This document shows, piece after piece, positions 21,422 to 32,196 of a stretch of DNA of 64,000 nucleotides. The notes under the pieces were generated by a model. It was not told where the DNA came from and searched no databases. It saw only the letters and a program-made list of their open reading frames with translations. Source of the stretch: Cyanobacteriota bacterium (GTDB taxonomy: Bacteria; Cyanobacteriota; Cyanobacteriia; Cyanobacteriales; Nostocaceae). Positions within the stretch are counted from its first letter, which is position 1; each line of letters begins with the position of its first letter. Location: positions 112,998-176,997 of the forward strand of contig JBJOKS010000006.1 in the NCBI GenBank assembly GCA_046045965.1, given 5' to 3'. A program made the position numbers and the translations under genes.

Positions 21422-22585
21422 GTGGAAATTCAACTTGGGCGGGGAAAAATAGCTCGTCGAGCCTATGGCATTGATGAAATTGCTTTAGTTCCCGGTAACA
21501 CAACACTCGATCCGAGTTTAGCGGATACTAAGTGGAAAATTGGTAATATTGAGCGAGAAATCCCCATTATTGCCAGCGCCATGGATGGTGTAGTCGATGT
21601 AGGCATGGCTGTACGTTTGTCCCAATTAGGGGCTTTAGGAGTTCTCAATTTAGAGGGTATCCAAACGCGCTATGCTGACCCAGCACCGATTTTAGATCGG
21701 ATTGCCTCAGTGGGCAAAGATGAATTTGTTTCCCTGATGCAAGAACTCTATGCCGAACCAATAAAGCCGGAATTAATTGAAAAACGTATTCAGGAAATTA
21801 AACAACAAGGCGGTATTGCGGCAGTGAGTGCTACTCCAGTAGGCGCAAGCAAATATGGTCAAGTAGTAGCCAAAGCTGGAGCAGATTTATTTTTTATCCA
21901 GGCTACGGTAGTTTCTACAAACCACATCTCACCAGAGTCTATCACCCCACTGGATTTAGTGGAATTTTGCCGTTCTATGCCCATACCTGTAATCTTGGGT
22001 AATTGCGTCACTTATGAAGTCACCTTAGATTTGATGAAAGCAGGTGCAGCAGCAGTATTAGTGGGCATTGGACCTGGTGCTGCTTGTACATCCCGTGGCG
22101 TATTGGGCGTAGGTATACCTCAAGCAACAGCCGTTGCTGACTGTGCCGCAGCCAGAGATGATTATTATCGGGAAACTGGTAAATATATCCCTGTCATTGC
22201 TGATGGTGGTTTAATCACCGGTGGCGACATCTGTAAATGTATTGCTTGCGGTGCTGATGGCGTAATGATTGGTTCACCCTTTGCCAGAGCCGCAGAAGCC
22301 CCAGGAAGGGGTTATCATTGGGGTATGGCAACTCCTAGCCCCGTGCTGCCCCGTGGTACTCGCATTCGCGTTGGTACAACCGGTACTCTAGAACAAATAC
22401 TCAGAGGTCCAGCCGGACTAGATGATGGTACTCATAACCTTCTCGGAGCCTTAAAAACCAGTATGGGGACTTTAGGAGCCAAAAACCTCAAAGAAATGCA
22501 GCAAGTTGAAGTAGTCATTGCTCCTTCCCTCCTAACCGAAGGCAAAGTTTACCAAAAAGCCCAACAATTGGGTATGGGTAAATAA
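21422..22585 (+). CDS. guaB: IMP dehydrogenase-family protein (GuaB3-like, no CBS domains)
   Basis: IIASAMDGVV, VGIGPGAACTSR, IADGG, WGMATPS. Confidence 0.9.
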   Translation: MEIQLGRGKIARRAYGIDEIALVPGNTTLDPSLADTKWKIGNIEREIPIIASAMDGVVDVGMAVRLSQLGALGVLNLEGIQTRYADPAPILDRIASVGKDEFVSLMQELYAEPIKPELIEKRIQEIKQQGGIAAVSATPVGASKYGQVVAKAGADLFFIQATVVSTNHISPESITPLDLVEFCRSMPIPVILGNCVTYEVTLDLMKAGAAAVLVGIGPGAACTSRGVLGVGIPQATAVADCAAARDDYYRETGKYIPVIADGGLITGGDICKCIACGADGVMIGSPFARAAEAPGRGYHWGMATPSPVLPRGTRIRVGTTGTLEQILRGPAGLDDGTHNLLGALKTSMGTLGAKNLKEMQQVEVVIAPSLLTEGKVYQKAQQLGMGK

Positions 22586-22750
22586 ATCAAGTCAAAAGTC
22601 AAAGGTCAAAAGTCAAAATTAATAACTCCTGACTCCTGTACGGGCGAACGGCCGTTCGCCCCTCCTGACTCCTGACTCATAAACAAAAAAATTTTTCCAG
22701 CACCCTCAATAATCACTGGAAAAATCACATCTGTCGCCTACAATAGAGAT

Positions 22751-22820
22751 AGCGGAGACAAATGTTTCCGTTCACTCCTCACACCACACTCCGCCCGGAC
22801 TACTGTTCGGGCGGTTCCTT
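22751..22820 (+). ncRNA. yfr1: Yfr1 small RNA
   Basis: Conserved undecamer ACTCCTCACAC at 22774-22784 between two hairpins; TACAAT -10 at 22739-22744; canonical guaB-trxA location. Confidence 0.92.
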
Positions 22821-22942
22821 ATGTTTAGGCATAAATTCTATAGGTTCTTTGCAAATGTACATCCTTTACTTCCAAGCTGATGTTTTTGCTATGGTAGAAT
22901 TTTCACAAAACTCATAAATATAATAGGCAAAGGTGTTTAGGA

Positions 22943-23266
22943 ATGTCAGCAGCAGCACAAGTTACAGATTCTACTTTTAAGCAGGAAGTAATCGACAGCG
23001 AAGTACCCGTTTTAGTTGATTTTTGGGCTCCCTGGTGCGGTCCTTGCCGTATGGTAGCTCCTGTTGTCGAGGAAATAGCTACTCAGTATGAAGGTCAACT
23101 CAAGGTTGTCAAAGTCAACACTGATGAAAATCCTCAAGTTGCCAGTCAGTATGGTATCCGCAGTATTCCCACATTAATGATTTTTAAAGATGGGCAAAAA
23201 GTAGACATGGTGGTCGGTGCGGTACCTAAAACTACCTTATCTAACACTCTGGAAAAGTATCTTTGA
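22943..23266 (+). CDS. trxA: Thioredoxin (m-type)
   Basis: WCGPC active site, 107 aa. Confidence 0.97.
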   Translation: MSAAAQVTDSTFKQEVIDSEVPVLVDFWAPWCGPCRMVAPVVEEIATQYEGQLKVVKVNTDENPQVASQYGIRSIPTLMIFKDGQKVDMVVGAVPKTTLSNTLEKYL

Positions 23267-23685
23267 ACCTCAACTGGTTACAAATTTTATTGATTTGTCT
23301 AGTTTTTAAGGTGAATATTTGTTAACTAGTTTCAGAGGCGCAGAGTTTGCGTCTCTACAAAACTTTTTACACAACAATTTAGAAGGGAGTAGGGTCTGGA
23401 GCAATAAGCCGTTAAACAGTCTTTGCTCCGACAATTTACAATTTGTGATTTTTTGACAAAAAGCAATAAACTTTCTCCCCACCTTTCTAGCTCTCTACCT
23501 CCCCAAACGTACAATTTATTAACCTAACAGCTACTTGCCCGGTTTGACGGCCAAAGGGGAAATGGAAAAAAACCCTGATCCCATAAGCCGCTAAACAATA
23601 CAAACGCCTTTAGACCAAAAAATGTCCGCTTGCGGGAGTGTAGGTAGTTCACATAAAATATAATGCCATTGTTGTGGCAGTTCTC

Positions 23686-24756
23686 ATGACCTCCAAAGAG
23701 TCCTTTGAAATACTAGAGTCTCTCCAAGCTGATATTGCTGAGTTAATAGATCGTTTACCGACCTTAAAACATCGGCAATTTATCCAGCAGGCACTTGCTA
23801 CCATACTTCGTTTAGCTGATAGTGAAATTGAGCGTCTTGATTGGAAGATCCTATCTGCGGCTTTAGCAGATATGGAACGAGGCTTTCAACTCTTTTATAG
23901 TTATCGACACGTTCGCAAAGTCACTATCTTTGGTTCTGCTCGTTTAGCACCAGAAACCCCTGATTACCAAATGGCGGTTCAATTTGCTCGCGCTGTTTCT
24001 CAACTAGGATTCATGGTGATGACAGGCGGTGGTGGTGGTATTATGCAAGCTGGTCAAGAAGGTGCAGGAAGGGAAAATTCTTTTGGTTTAAATATTCAGT
24101 TGCCTTTTGAGCAACAGGCTAATCCTTTTATTGATGGTGATCCTAAGCTTATTAACTTTAAATATTTCTTTACCCGCAAGCTGTTTCTGCTCAAAGAAAG
24201 TGATGCGGTAGCTTTGTTTCCGGGTGGCTTTGGCACTCAAGATGAAGCTTTTGAATGTATGACACTCAGCCAAACAGGTAAATTTGGACCAGTTCCTCTG
24301 GTTTTAATTGATCATCCTGGTGGTGATTATTGGCGCTCTTGGAGTCAGTATATTGATCAGCAATTAGTGGCAAAAGGTCTTGTTAGTCCAGAAGATCCCT
24401 GTCTGTACACGGTGACAGATAATCTAGAGGTGGCTTGTAATGCCATTACTCGTTTTTACCAAGTTTATCACTCTAGCCGCTATGTAGGTGATCAATTGGT
24501 AATTCGTCTCAGACACGAGTTATCAGATGATCTGGTGGAAAAATTGAATACTGATTTTAGTGACATTCTTGTCCAAGGCAAAATTGAAAAAAGTCAGGTA
24601 TTATCTCAAGAAGGTCAAGATGAAACCTCTGATTTACCTCGTCTGGTTTTATACTTTAACCAAAGAGATTTGGGGCGTTTGTATCAGATGATTGCAGTGA
24701 TTAATGAGTTAGGTATTCCTTCCCCAGAGGAAACAGCGCATCCAGAAAGGAAGTAA
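23686..24756 (+). CDS. LOG-family nucleotide-binding protein
   Basis: VTIFGSAR, TGGGGGIM, FFTRK, PGGFGTQDE. Confidence 0.88.
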   Translation: MTSKESFEILESLQADIAELIDRLPTLKHRQFIQQALATILRLADSEIERLDWKILSAALADMERGFQLFYSYRHVRKVTIFGSARLAPETPDYQMAVQFARAVSQLGFMVMTGGGGGIMQAGQEGAGRENSFGLNIQLPFEQQANPFIDGDPKLINFKYFFTRKLFLLKESDAVALFPGGFGTQDEAFECMTLSQTGKFGPVPLVLIDHPGGDYWRSWSQYIDQQLVAKGLVSPEDPCLYTVTDNLEVACNAITRFYQVYHSSRYVGDQLVIRLRHELSDDLVEKLNTDFSDILVQGKIEKSQVLSQEGQDETSDLPRLVLYFNQRDLGRLYQMIAVINELGIPSPEETAHPERK

Positions 24757-24759
24757 GTT

Positions 24760-24878
24760 GGGGACTGGGGACTGGTGATTGGTGATTGGTGACTGGTGAT
24801 TGGTGATTGGTGATTGGGTAAAAATAACTAATAACTAATGACTAATATAACCAATGACTAATAACCAATGACTAATGA
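24760..24878. repeat. STRR-type heptamer tandem repeats (GGGGACT, TGGTGAT, AATGACT/AATAACT); similar tracts at about 21243-21345, 22587-22678, 27756-27835, 30576-30604, 31986-32014 and 32164-32192
   Basis: Directly visible tandem 7-mers in intergenic regions, typical of heterocystous cyanobacteria. Confidence 0.85.
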
Positions 24879-24997
24879 CCCTGAATTATTCACTTTTCCT
24901 GGTGGCAAGCTTTCTAGATAGTAAGAAATTCAAAGGCATAATATGCCAGCACTGCAAACAATTATTAGATATCTGAACAAAGATAGAGGAATTAAAT

Positions 24998-26320
24998 ATG
25001 CTGGAATTATTAGGTTCAGGTTTGGTTTCACTTTGGCTCGATATGGCTGGGGTTCAGATCAAGCCTTTAAATGCTTTAGAAGCATTGGCTTGGCAAAGTA
25101 GTCCTGGCTTTGTCATTGCCCCTGATCCAAACCCAGCAGGAGCTATCACAGTACAGGAATATCTCAAGGAGTTGATGACTTCCAAGCTGGTAACGGAAAA
25201 TCTGATTCAGCAACAGGGAATTTGGCTACAGTCGGGTCCGATGTTAATGGCTAATCACCAAGGTACAATGCCTTTACCCGCAGCATCTTTAACTAAGGTG
25301 GCCACTTCATTAGCGACTTTTAAACTTTTGGGTCCTGAACATCAATTTGAAACTTTGGTGAGTGCTACAGGTCCGATAGTTAATGGGGTAGTGCAGGGAG
25401 ATTTGGTGATTACTGGTGGTGGTGATCCCATGTTTGTGGGAGAGGAAGCGATCGCTCTTGGTAATGCTCTCAACAAAATCGGTATCAAGCAGGTAAAGGG
25501 AAATTTAGTCATAACTGGCAATTTCGCTATGAATTTCCACAGTAATACCGCTGTATCTGGTCAATTTCTTAAACAAGCACTAGATCACAAAACCTGGAAT
25601 CGTTCTGTGGTTTACCAATACTCAATCATGCCTAAAGGAACACCCAAGCCCCAAGTTGTGATTGCTGGTACGGTTAAAGTTGCAGCACAGCCTAACCCTA
25701 AACAAACTTTACTGATTCGCCATCGCTCCTTACCATTAAAGCAATTGATTAAGGAGATGAATGTTTACAGTAATAATGATATAGCCGAAATGTTAGCCCA
25801 GTCTGTGGGAGGAGCCAATGTAGTTCAATCTACTGCTGCTAAACTGGCTATGGTTCCACAGTCGGAAATTCAGTTAATTAATGGTTCTGGACTGGGACGA
25901 GAAAATCGGATTTCCCCTAGAGCGGTCTGTGCTATGTTTATGGCACTACAACGGGAAGCATCATCCCATAATTTGACTTTAGCTGACTTGTTCCCTACCT
26001 CTGGCTTTGACAATCGCGGGACAATGCGATATAGAGATATGCCATCTGCAACTGTGATGAAAACGGGAACTCTCAGTGATGTTAGTGCTTTAGCCGGAGT
26101 TGTACCCACACGCGATCGCGGTTTAGTTTGGTTTGCTATTATCAATCGTGGTTACAATGTGTCGAGTTTCCGTGCTGAACAAGATAAACTTTTACAACAT
26201 CTGGTCAAACAATTACAAGTATCCGCTGGTGTTCCTACTGCACTAACTCCCCACTCACCAAAAAATTCTCTACCACAATTAGGCTCTCCCAACCGTAACG
26301 AAATTTTGTATGGGGGTTAG
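24998..26320 (+). CDS. D-alanyl-D-alanine carboxypeptidase (peptidase S13/PBP4 family)
   Basis: PAASLTK (SxxK), SNN and KTG motifs. Confidence 0.88.
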   Translation: MLELLGSGLVSLWLDMAGVQIKPLNALEALAWQSSPGFVIAPDPNPAGAITVQEYLKELMTSKLVTENLIQQQGIWLQSGPMLMANHQGTMPLPAASLTKVATSLATFKLLGPEHQFETLVSATGPIVNGVVQGDLVITGGGDPMFVGEEAIALGNALNKIGIKQVKGNLVITGNFAMNFHSNTAVSGQFLKQALDHKTWNRSVVYQYSIMPKGTPKPQVVIAGTVKVAAQPNPKQTLLIRHRSLPLKQLIKEMNVYSNNDIAEMLAQSVGGANVVQSTAAKLAMVPQSEIQLINGSGLGRENRISPRAVCAMFMALQREASSHNLTLADLFPTSGFDNRGTMRYRDMPSATVMKTGTLSDVSALAGVVPTRDRGLVWFAIINRGYNVSSFRAEQDKLLQHLVKQLQVSAGVPTALTPHSPKNSLPQLGSPNRNEILYGG

Positions 26321-26454
26321 TTAACGGTTAAAACCTTTAAAATCTCTGATATTCCTATATGGGAATTTTGCTAAAGTACAGCAAACCAATATCAGGTAAT
26401 AGTAGAAACAGCCCAGAAAAGGTTAAAATAAGGGTTTTCAGGGTTTCAACCTCT

Positions 26455-27717
26455 ATGAAGAATGCTGCCACAAACCCTAAACGCATTTTATTCTTACATC
26501 CCAATTTTCCTGCCCAATTTCGCCACCTAGCCACGTCTTTAGCAAAAGATGATAATTACCAAGTTGTATTTGGTACTAATCGTCAGGAAGGAACTATACC
26601 GGGTGTATTTAAAGCTATTTATGAACCTTCCCGGACAGCAGCACCGCAAACGCATCATTATGTCCGCAATTTAGAAAATGCAGTTCTCACTGGACAAGCT
26701 GTATATCGAATCGCAGAACAACTGAAAGCACAGGGTTTTATACCAGATATAATTTATGGCCATTCTGGTTGGGGTCCGACTTTATTTATGAAAGAAGTTT
26801 TTCCTAAAGCAGAATTATTATGTTTCTTTGAATGGTTTTATCATGCTCGCGGTTCTGATGCTGATTTTGATCCCAGTGAACCATTAAATGCAGATGATCA
26901 ATGTCGAATTCGTGTGAAAAATGCCCCGATTTTAGTTGATTTATACAGTTGCGATCGCGGACTTTCTCCTACTAATTGGCAACGTCAACAATTCCCACCA
27001 GAATATCATAGTAAAATTAGCGTTTGTCACGATGGGATTGATACTAATTATTTTCAACCTAACCCTGGTGCTAAATTAGTTTTACCTCGCATTAATCTTG
27101 ATCTTTCTCATGTTTCAGAATTAGTCACCTATGTAGGAAGAGGAATGGAACCTTATCGGGGTTTTCCTCAGTTTATGGAAGCAGTTGCATTAATTCAACA
27201 ACAACGTCCAAATTGTCATGTTGTAGTTGTGGGAGAAGATAGGGTAGCCTATGGGAAAACTCTTCCTGATGGTAAAACTTATAAACAGTTAATGTTAGAG
27301 AAATTAGATTTGGATTTATCGAGATTACACTTTACTGGTTTACTACCTTACCATGAATATCTGCAAGTTTTACAAGCTTCTTCTGCTCATATTTATTTAA
27401 CTCGTCCTTTTGTTTTATCTTGGTCAATGATGGAAGCAATGTCAGCAGGATGTTTGTTAATTGCTTCTAATACTTCACCCGTTTTAGAAGTAATTAAAGA
27501 TGGCAAAAATGGACTTTTGGTAGATTTCTTTTCTCCTCAACAAATTGCAGACAAGGTAAACGAAGCTTTGGATAATTCTCAAGATATGACAGCTATTCGC
27601 ACCGCAGCACGAAAGACTATAATCAAGAATTATGATTTAGCAACATTATTACCACAACATTTAGATTGGTTGTTGGGTAAAAAAACTTCTCTAAAATTTC
27701 ATGGGTTTGGGAAGTAG
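26455..27717 (+). CDS. Glycosyltransferase family 4
   Basis: LFLHPNFPAQF, GHSGWG, RGMEPYRGF, FVLSWSMMEAM. Confidence 0.88.
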   Translation: MKNAATNPKRILFLHPNFPAQFRHLATSLAKDDNYQVVFGTNRQEGTIPGVFKAIYEPSRTAAPQTHHYVRNLENAVLTGQAVYRIAEQLKAQGFIPDIIYGHSGWGPTLFMKEVFPKAELLCFFEWFYHARGSDADFDPSEPLNADDQCRIRVKNAPILVDLYSCDRGLSPTNWQRQQFPPEYHSKISVCHDGIDTNYFQPNPGAKLVLPRINLDLSHVSELVTYVGRGMEPYRGFPQFMEAVALIQQQRPNCHVVVVGEDRVAYGKTLPDGKTYKQLMLEKLDLDLSRLHFTGLLPYHEYLQVLQASSAHIYLTRPFVLSWSMMEAMSAGCLLIASNTSPVLEVIKDGKNGLLVDFFSPQQIADKVNEALDNSQDMTAIRTAARKTIIKNYDLATLLPQHLDWLLGKKTSLKFHGFGK

Positions 27718-27840
27718 AGAGGAAACATTTTGATGGGGAGATGGGGAGACAAATCAAGTCAAAAGTCAAAAGTCAAAAGTCAAAATTAATTACTTCTACT
27801 TCCTTTACCTCCCTTGTCTCCTGACTCCTGACTCCTATTC

Positions 27841-28887
27841 CTAATTCCGCATCACTGCATCTAACAAAACCTCACCACCAAACCGCACAGGGTCTGTACA
27901 AGGTAAACCTGTTTGATTTATAATTTGAGCGATCGCATTCTTCGCTGCAACTTCATCTAAATCTCTAGTATTTAAAGCTATCCCCGCTACAGGAACTTTA
28001 CCAAAAGCACCCGCCCCACTAGCGACAATTTCATACATCTTAATTATTTCTGGTAGGGGTGGAATAGGAACATGAGGGTTATTACGGTTGTGAGTTTGTC
28101 CGGCTCGATGCACTAATATCAAATGTGTAGGTTGGGAACCACGAATGAGAGGTAAAGTTGCAGTTGAACCAGGATGTAACAGAGAACCTTGTCCTTCAAT
28201 TTGCAGAATATCGTAGTGTTTACCAAAACGCATCACCAACTGTTCCACAGCACCAGCAGCAAAGTCTACCCGCACAGCATCCAACGCTACTCCATCACCT
28301 TCTAACATTAAGCCAGTTTGACCAGTAGCTAAAAATTTCGACTTCCAACCCCGTAATTTTGCAGCACGATGTAATTCTAAACTGGTGGACATTTTACCAA
28401 TGGCCATATCCGTACCCACCGTCAACACCCGACGACAGGGAAGAGTTCGCGCTAACCCAGAAGCTATTTCTAAGTTAGCCGGTTCTTTGCGGACATCCCA
28501 AATTAACTGTCCTGGTTTGAGGAGTGCGTTTAAATCTGGTATGTTAGCCAAAGGAGTATGTAAACCATTAACTAAAGACATTCCTCCTTTCAAAGCATCT
28601 TTGATATCAGGCCAATAATGATCAGGAATTATCCCACCTTTAGGAGCAATACCAATTACTAAAACTTCTGGTTGATACTGCAAAGCTGCGGCTACAGATG
28701 CCACAATGGGAACGTCACGCTTGATACCTGTTAACTCTGGTACAGATTTACCTACAGATTCTCTATCTATAACTGCAACAATAGGGGCTTCACTATAGCG
28801 TAAAATAGATAAACCGGTTTTTCCCTGAGTTCCACTCAGTCCTTCATGTAACAGAATTGCTATCTTTTTATTAAGTGGCAGACGCAC
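27841..28887 (-). CDS. DUF1611 P-loop protein
   Basis: GTDMAIGKMST, ATGQTG, IEGQGSLLHP; typically paired with the epimerase. Confidence 0.9.
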   Translation of the reverse strand: MRLPLNKKIAILLHEGLSGTQGKTGLSILRYSEAPIVAVIDRESVGKSVPELTGIKRDVPIVASVAAALQYQPEVLVIGIAPKGGIIPDHYWPDIKDALKGGMSLVNGLHTPLANIPDLNALLKPGQLIWDVRKEPANLEIASGLARTLPCRRVLTVGTDMAIGKMSTSLELHRAAKLRGWKSKFLATGQTGLMLEGDGVALDAVRVDFAAGAVEQLVMRFGKHYDILQIEGQGSLLHPGSTATLPLIRGSQPTHLILVHRAGQTHNRNNPHVPIPPLPEIIKMYEIVASGAGAFGKVPVAGIALNTRDLDEVAAKNAIAQIINQTGLPCTDPVRFGGEVLLDAVMRN

Positions 28888-29923
28888 TGTATTTCACTCC
28901 CAAACCTGGTAAATTGTTAGGTAAAATCCGTCCTTTTTCAACTGATGCACCGATAAACGGATCATCAATTAAATTCAGGTGACTATCTAAGTCTAAATAA
29001 TCAGCTAAAGGTGCAAGTTGTGAAGCTGCTGTATTAGCTAGTGAACTATCAGAATAACAGCCAAACATGACTTTTAAATTATGTGCTTTGGCTGTATGTA
29101 CCATTCGCAAAGCTTCACTTAAACCCCCAGATTTCATGAGTTTAATATTAATTCCATCTACATAATCAGCTAATTGGGGAATATCCCCACTGGTAAAGCA
29201 ACTTTCATCAACAAAGATGGGTAAAGGTGAATGTTCTTTTAAGGTGGCTAAATGTGCTTCTTGTCCTCTTGGTAATGGCTGTTCTATATACTGTATACCC
29301 AAATCTGCTAACCACAGAGACATGGCGATCGCATCTGCTAAACTCCAACCTCCGTTAGCATCTACAAATAAATCTATTTCTGGTGCTGTTTCCTTCACCG
29401 CTAAGAGCATTTTTCTGTCTGCTTCTATTCCCTCGGTGGAACCTAATTTTACCTTTAACAGCCGCACATCCATATATTCTAACCAGTCTTTTGTCCTAGC
29501 TGCTGCACCTGCTGGGGAATTAATACCAATTGTCACCGAAGTTGGTGCTATAACATTTCTATCCAGTCCCCACATTTTCCATAGGGGTAAACCTACACTT
29601 TTACCCATCCAATCATACAGCGCCATGTCTATTGCTGCTCTGGCTGCGGAAGGAATTTTATATTGTGCTAAGATTGCTTCAATTTCTTGACGTTGCCAAG
29701 GGTTGAATGATTCTAACACAGGAGCAATTTTTTGTAATGCTTCGGTAATTATATCAGTTGATTGTCGGTGATTTCCAACACCAAAGGGTGATGCTTCTCC
29801 CCATCCTTCTATGTCATTTTCTATTATTTTGACGCTGATATTTGTTGTTTGTGCTGTTGTTCCTCTACTTATTGTTAAGGGGAATCTTTTGTTGACTGTG
29901 AATTGATTGATTTGTGTTTTCAT
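28871..29923 (-). CDS. L-Ala-D/L-Glu dipeptide epimerase (enolase superfamily)
   Basis: KVKLG, VDANGGW, IEQP, DES, NIKLMK, DLD motifs. Confidence 0.92.
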   Translation of the reverse strand: MKTQINQFTVNKRFPLTISRGTTAQTTNISVKIIENDIEGWGEASPFGVGNHRQSTDIITEALQKIAPVLESFNPWQRQEIEAILAQYKIPSAARAAIDMALYDWMGKSVGLPLWKMWGLDRNVIAPTSVTIGINSPAGAAARTKDWLEYMDVRLLKVKLGSTEGIEADRKMLLAVKETAPEIDLFVDANGGWSLADAIAMSLWLADLGIQYIEQPLPRGQEAHLATLKEHSPLPIFVDESCFTSGDIPQLADYVDGINIKLMKSGGLSEALRMVHTAKAHNLKVMFGCYSDSSLANTAASQLAPLADYLDLDSHLNLIDDPFIGASVEKGRILPNNLPGLGVKYSASAT

Positions 29924-30012
29924 CTTTTTTTAAACGAACCGCTCCAGGCGCAGAGATCGCAGAGTAAAGAATGTTATAATTTTAGCGGGTGGGTTGTTTA
30001 TTTTAACTGACA

Positions 30013-30579
30013 ATGGGTAATTTACAAAGGTGGCAGGTTTTAAGTTCACAAATGTTGATAAATCATCGTTTCTGTCTGGTGCGACGGGATGCGGTTGAGT
30101 TACCTAATGGTCAGGTTATAGATGATTTTTTTGTTTATATTAAGCCTGATATTGCTGTAATTTTACCTGTTACTAATAATGGGGAGGTTGTTTTTGTTCG
30201 TCAGTATAGACACGCTGTTGGTGAGTTTTTTATTGAGCTTCCCGCAGGTAGGTTTAATGCTGAGGAAGAATGTGCAGAAGCAGCTGCTTTGCGGGAGTTA
30301 CGGGAGGAAACTGGTTATGTTTCTGAAAAGGTGCGAAAAATCGCTACTTTATATGATAATCCCAGTAAGGAAACTAATCAAATTCATCTCTTTTTAGCTG
30401 AAAATGTGGTCAAGGTGGGAGAACAGGAAAATCTTGATGTGACTGAAGAAATTGAGGTAATTTTAATTCCTATCAATGAGGTTTTTGAGAAAGTTACTAC
30501 TGGAGAAATTTCGGTTGCGGGAACGGTTGCAGCGTTATTTATGGGTTTATCATCTTCTTTTATGTCATGGAAATTCTGA
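30013..30579 (+). CDS. NUDIX hydrolase (ADP-ribose pyrophosphatase-like)
   Basis: ELPAG..AALRELREETG Nudix box. Confidence 0.9.
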   Translation: MGNLQRWQVLSSQMLINHRFCLVRRDAVELPNGQVIDDFFVYIKPDIAVILPVTNNGEVVFVRQYRHAVGEFFIELPAGRFNAEEECAEAAALRELREETGYVSEKVRKIATLYDNPSKETNQIHLFLAENVVKVGEQENLDVTEEIEVILIPINEVFEKVTTGEISVAGTVAALFMGLSSSFMSWKF

Positions 30580-30609
30580 CTCCTGACTCCTGACTCCTGA
30601 CTCCTTTAT

Positions 30610-31533
30610 TCACTTTTTCCATTGTTGTAAAATATAACTATAAAAAGCTTCTTTATCTACTTGATCCATAGCTTTGATTTTTCTCCCTCCCGTTACTATT
30701 TTAGTCCGTCCTTGACTCACACCTTGGGTAATAATTCCTGTTTCCCATTCTCGCAGTTCATAAATTTCGGGTTTTCCTAAATAAGCTGTTGCTAATACAT
30801 CCCAAAAATAATAATCTTGGGGAATAACTAAGGCGTAACATTGACCTGCTAAATTAGAAATAGGATAATTATATTGTTTTCCCATTTTTTGTACTAATTC
30901 TGATGTTACCGGAACTTGGTTGGTTAAGTCTAGCGGACACATAATTATTTCAATTTGCGTTTCCCAAACTTTTGCAGCAGAAACCGCATCCCAATACACA
31001 TTCCATTCTGCTGAACCATCTTGTATTGGTTCTATTCCTTTTTCGACATTTCCAGGAACATTTAATGCTCCCCCCATCCAAACAATTTGTTTAATTTTCT
31101 TTTCTATTTCTGGTGCTTTTTCTAATGCTAAAGCTACAGTAGTTAAAGGTCCTGTTACCATTAAAGTCACTGGTTCTGGTGCTTCCTGTAAAACCTTCAC
31201 CATGAAATCTTGACCTGTTTGAGCAACTAAAGGTGTGTTAATAAAATCATTTTGATTGAGAATAGGTAAATGATCAATAATTAATGAATCTCGACGATAA
31301 AGACGAGGAAAAGGATTAATTCCTCTCACTGTACTTTCGGCAACCGGAATATGAGAAAATCTCATTAAATCTATAATTTTGCGAGTTGCACTGACAGCAG
31401 ATTGAATATAGCAGTCTGCGGGAGTGACGACTATTCCCAACAGTTCGATATGTTCCATTGTCAATAACAGCATGGTGGCTAAATAATCATCCACACCACC
31501 ATCATGATCCATTAATACCAGTTGTTTTTTCAT
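30610..31533 (-). CDS. Nucleoside hydrolase (IU-NH family)
   Basis: DHDGGVDD, TGPLT, AEWNVYWD, YFWD. Confidence 0.92.
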   Translation of the reverse strand: MKKQLVLMDHDGGVDDYLATMLLLTMEHIELLGIVVTPADCYIQSAVSATRKIIDLMRFSHIPVAESTVRGINPFPRLYRRDSLIIDHLPILNQNDFINTPLVAQTGQDFMVKVLQEAPEPVTLMVTGPLTTVALALEKAPEIEKKIKQIVWMGGALNVPGNVEKGIEPIQDGSAEWNVYWDAVSAAKVWETQIEIIMCPLDLTNQVPVTSELVQKMGKQYNYPISNLAGQCYALVIPQDYYFWDVLATAYLGKPEIYELREWETGIITQGVSQGRTKIVTGGRKIKAMDQVDKEAFYSYILQQWKK

Positions 31534-31549
31534 ATCAGGAGTTTATCAA

Positions 31550-31981
31550 ATGGATGAGTTTATGCAAGCTGCAATTAGCGAAGCTAAACAAGGCAGAAAT
31601 GAGGGAGGAATTCCCATTGGTTCGGTTTTGGTCAAAGATGGTAAAATTCTCGGTAAAGGACATAATAAACGGGTTCAAGATGGTGATCCTGTCACCCATG
31701 CAGAAATTGATTGTTTAAGAAATGCCGGCAGAATTGGTAATTATAAAGGTACAACTTTATATTCTACATTAATGCCTTGTTATTTGTGCGCTGGTGCTGT
31801 GGTGCAGTTTGGAATTAAAAAAGTAATTGCAGGAGAGTCAAGAACTTTCCCAGGTGCAAAAGAATTTATGGTTTCTCATGGTGTGGAAGTTGTTGATTTA
31901 AACCTTGATGAATGTGAACAGATGATGAATGAATTTATAGCAGAAAAACCAGAATTATGGAATGAAGATATAGGAGTTTAA
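31550..31981 (+). CDS. Cytosine/nucleoside deaminase (FCY1-like)
   Basis: HAE and PCYLC zinc motif, WNEDIG C-terminus. Confidence 0.9.
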   Translation: MDEFMQAAISEAKQGRNEGGIPIGSVLVKDGKILGKGHNKRVQDGDPVTHAEIDCLRNAGRIGNYKGTTLYSTLMPCYLCAGAVVQFGIKKVIAGESRTFPGAKEFMVSHGVEVVDLNLDECEQMMNEFIAEKPELWNEDIGV

Positions 31982-31984
31982 AGA

Positions 31985-32015
<31 letters not shown>

Positions 32016-32025
32016 AAGAAAATTC

Positions 32026-32134
32026 TCTCGTTCCCAGTCAAAGACTGGGAATGCCATAATAGAGTCTCTGATTCTAATTTTCCTAAAGGTAGAACCTTGT
32101 AATAATTCATTCCCATACAGAGTATGGGAACGAG
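32026..32134. repeat. REP-like inverted-repeat element
   Basis: CTCGTTCCCAGTC-AAA-GACTGGGAATG ... CATTCCCATAC-AGA-GTATGGGAACGAG, two hairpins in inverted arrangement between convergent genes. Confidence 0.6.
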
Positions 32135-32196
32135 GAAATTTAAAATTCTCGGTTTCCTTCTTACTGTCACCTGTCACCTGTCACCTGTCACCTACC